Assembly (NCBI GenBank): GCA_001769655.1
Contig: MEPC01000042.1
Span: 93,125 to 157,124, forward strand
Length of the DNA: 64,000 nt
Direction: 5' to 3'
Origin: Bacteroidetes bacterium RIFCSPLOWO2_12_FULL_37_12
GTDB taxonomy: Bacteria; Bacteroidota; Bacteroidia; 2-12-FULL-37-12
The translations under genes and the position numbers were made by a program. The notes under the pieces are model-generated. The model made no database searches. It had not been told where the DNA came from and was given only the letters and a program-made list of their open reading frames with translations. This document shows, in pieces, positions 61,745-64,000 of the stretch (position 1 is the stretch's first letter; each line of letters opens with the position of its first letter).

Positions 61745-62344
61745 ATGAATTCAATTCTCTCAATCCTTCTCACCCTATTCCCCATGTTCACCGACGGTTC
61801 CTATTCCATCGGAGAAAAAGTCCAGGACTTTACCCTCCACAATGCCACTGATAAAAAGAATGTGACACTAAGCGATTATAAAAAAAATAAATTAGTGGTC
61901 GTGGTATTTACCTGCAATCATTGCCCGTATGCCAAATTGTACGAAGACCGTCTCATACTGGCTTCAAAAGAATTTTCACAAAATGGAGTTGCTTTCATTG
62001 CCATAAATCCTAATGATCCTACGCGGTATTCTGAGGACTCTGAAGAAAACATGTTACAAAAGGCAAAAGCAAAAAATTATCCCTTTCCTTATTTGGTAAA
62101 CAGCGACCAAACGGTCAGCGACCGCTTCGGCGCCACTAAAACACCGGAGGTTTTTGTATTACAAAATACCGATGGGAATTTTGTGCTTCGCTATAAAGGC
62201 GCTATTGATGATAATCCACAAAATGCGGCGGATGTTCAGGAACACTACCTGCGAGATGCCCTTAAGGCATTGCTGGAAAATAAAGAACCTCTCAAGACCA
62301 TTGTGAAAGCAACCGGTTGTTCTATTAAAAGGAAAGGTGGATGA
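61745..62344 (+). CDS. Thioredoxin-fold redoxin (TlpA/AhpC-TSA-like), secreted
   Basis: The CxxC motif VVVFTCNHCPYAK. A TAAATTTG box lies about 17 nt upstream. Confidence 0.65.
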   Translation: MNSILSILLTLFPMFTDGSYSIGEKVQDFTLHNATDKKNVTLSDYKKNKLVVVVFTCNHCPYAKLYEDRLILASKEFSQNGVAFIAINPNDPTRYSEDSEENMLQKAKAKNYPFPYLVNSDQTVSDRFGATKTPEVFVLQNTDGNFVLRYKGAIDDNPQNAADVQEHYLRDALKALLENKEPLKTIVKATGCSIKRKGG

Positions 62345-62386
62345 ATACGATGCGTTCAAATTATTCCGGAACTTAAAACTTGAAAC

Positions 62387-63232
62387 TCAACTATACTTCC
62401 ACTTCCTATGCGACCAAAGCCATAAATCAGGATATTGGCGTACCACTTTCTCTAACCGCTCTACATACAAATCAATAATTTCGTTGTTATTGCCCATGTA
62501 TGGCGGCTCCGCTAATTTTTCAATGACCATTTCATAATACCCACGTTTTATTCTTTTCATATACCCAAAAATGACTGGGAGTTTTGTAAACTCAGCTAAT
62601 TTCTGAGTACCATTATAAAATGGAGTTTTTCTACCAAAAAAATTTCCCCAATAATTGATTTCATCTTTAGGTGGGGTTTGGTCACCGGCTATGGCTATCA
62701 TACGTAATATTTCTTTACGTTTTAAAAATTCTTTCGTGGTTTCTTTCATAGGAATCAAATAATTTCCAAATCGTTTCCGTGTTTCTCTTAAAAGTGCATC
62801 CACTGCTTTGTTTCTTAGAGGTCTGTATATTGTGTCAACGGGATATCCCCAATGAATTCCGCCTGCAATTCCCATCCATTCATGATTTCCTACGTGTCCT
62901 ACCAATGCTATTACCGATGTTTTTGACAGTAAATAACTTATCATGATTTCTGAGTTTTTAATGCTTACTCTTTCTTTAAAATCAGATGGATCCATGGATT
63001 GTACTTTAATAGTTTCCATAATTAAATCACAAAGATTATGATAGAATTTTTTCATGATTGCCTGTTTTTCCAACTTATTTAATTCAGGAAATGCAATATT
63101 CAGATTTTCAAATGCCACTTTTTTCCTATACCGGATTACATAAAAAGATATATAATAAAGCACATCCGATAAAAAATAAATAGCAAAAAAAGGAAGATGA
63201 CCGGTGATTTTTAAAAGGTAGTAGAGAATCAT
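62387..63232 (-). CDS. LpxL/HtrB-family lipid A (Kdo2-lipid IVA) late acyltransferase
   Basis: 281 aa with an N-terminal TM helix, the HxxxxD-type motif ALVGHVGNHEWMG and C-terminal WLWSHRKWK. Confidence 0.65.
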   Translation of the reverse strand: MILYYLLKITGHLPFFAIYFLSDVLYYISFYVIRYRKKVAFENLNIAFPELNKLEKQAIMKKFYHNLCDLIMETIKVQSMDPSDFKERVSIKNSEIMISYLLSKTSVIALVGHVGNHEWMGIAGGIHWGYPVDTIYRPLRNKAVDALLRETRKRFGNYLIPMKETTKEFLKRKEILRMIAIAGDQTPPKDEINYWGNFFGRKTPFYNGTQKLAEFTKLPVIFGYMKRIKRGYYEMVIEKLAEPPYMGNNNEIIDLYVERLEKVVRQYPDLWLWSHRKWKYS

Positions 63233-63236
63233 TAAT

Positions 63237-63307
63237 GATTTACGATTTTTGATTTACGATTTACGATTTTCTATTTTCTATTTTCTATCTTCTATTTTCT
63301 ATCTTTC
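63237..63307. repeat. Tandem heptamers (GATTTAC)3-4 then (TATTTTC/TATCTTC)6 then C9, abutting the LpxL-like start codon
   Basis: gatttacgatttttgatttacgatttacgattttctattttctattttctatcttctattttctatctttccccccccc. It begins 4 nt from the ATG at 63232. Confidence 0.8.
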
Positions 63308-63313
63308 CCCCCC

Positions 63314-63982
63314 CTACCTATCCCCCTTGTAAATCTCCTTATCCCCTTCCCTATCCTTAACTTGCGGATTCCAATATTGTTCACCGGCAATTTCTTTTTT
63401 CCACTGATAATTAGTAATCTCCCCCTTTACATCCGAATGAATCAGCACAAAATCACTCCCGATATTTCGTTGAAAAAATACAAAAATCCGGTTGGTTTCA
63501 TTTCCTGCCTTGTAATAATGCCAGATTTCGTAAGGTTGCATGTAGGTTCCATGAACTCTCTCCATGTCGTTTTCATTGGTGACAATCCGCACCGGCGCTT
63601 TGTATTTGAGAAAAATTCTGCCGCGGTCTGTCTCATAGCCCTGCAAAGGGGGACTTTTGTATTTGCTATTGACATAATTTACACTTAATAAATAATCATT
63701 CCACTCCACCTCGGGTTTAAGCGGTTCTCTTTTTTTCCAGAAGGAAAGAAAAAACTTTTGTTTGTCAGTAAATGAGCCGCGTCTCAATAAATCTGATGCC
63801 CTGGTTACTTCTTTTTCCTCGGAAACAGGTCTTAAAAATTTCATATATTCATTCAATTCCTGTTCATTGTATTGCAACACAAAAGTCCCGGAAATATCCG
63901 TCAGTGCATTCTTTTCTTTGGTTTCAAGAATTTCATCGAGGGCTTTGTTACTACGTTGAAAGAATAAATTTTTATTCAACAA
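63314..63982 (-). CDS. GWxTD-domain protein. The N-terminus may extend beyond the window.
   Basis: Contains GYETDRGRIFLKYKAPVRI and YEIWHYY (GWxTD-like). The first in-window Met at 63982 lies only 18 nt from the window end. Confidence 0.45.
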   Translation of the reverse strand: MLNKNLFFQRSNKALDEILETKEKNALTDISGTFVLQYNEQELNEYMKFLRPVSEEKEVTRASDLLRRGSFTDKQKFFLSFWKKREPLKPEVEWNDYLLSVNYVNSKYKSPPLQGYETDRGRIFLKYKAPVRIVTNENDMERVHGTYMQPYEIWHYYKAGNETNRIFVFFQRNIGSDFVLIHSDVKGEITNYQWKKEIAGEQYWNPQVKDREGDKEIYKGDR

Positions 63983-64000
63983 GGTGCGATTATTTTTATC

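Overview
This window looks like a low-GC (about 35%) Bacteroidota chromosomal segment. The assignment rests on TAnnTTTG-type -7 promoter boxes with little or no leader, the absence of Shine-Dalgarno sequences, and GWxTD, 'putative porin', Omp85, AsmA and many lipoprotein genes. Most of the window is housekeeping: purD, a SpoU/TrmH methyltransferase, an Omp85-family OMP, aspartokinase, a GNAT acetyltransferase, enoyl-CoA hydratase, pyrG, yidC, rho, an AsmA-family protein, manC, kdsD/kpsF, recQ, a VanZ-family protein, class II RNR nrdJ, a DUF1111 di-heme protein with a Rieske protein, a membrane PP2C phosphatase, a GH3/beta-lactamase fusion, aspC, serS, asnB, pheS, comF, an acyl-CoA synthetase, a thioredoxin-like redoxin, an LpxL-like acyltransferase and a GWxTD protein. 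The part most worth a second look is a co-directional insertion of about 8.7 kb between aspC and serS (about 38.5-47.2 kb). It carries two hypothetical genes on the opposite strand, then a PIN-domain gene, a small ORF, a LuxE-like acyl-protein synthetase, a 487-aa protein with an N-terminal TIR-like domain, and, 2 nt downstream, a 1388-aa STAND P-loop NTPase with one predicted transmembrane helix and at least 14 WD40 repeats. I read the TIR-like plus STAND-WD40 pair as a candidate two-gene NAD-depleting defence or programmed-cell-death module. The island ends in a ~190-bp palindrome. Intergenic DNA across the window is unusually rich in structured simple repeats, mostly built from 7-mers. The left end holds a >1000-codon minus-strand TPR gene that is an in-frame tandem duplication of a TPR, coiled-coil and transmembrane module. 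I found no rRNA, tRNA, CRISPR array or transposase.
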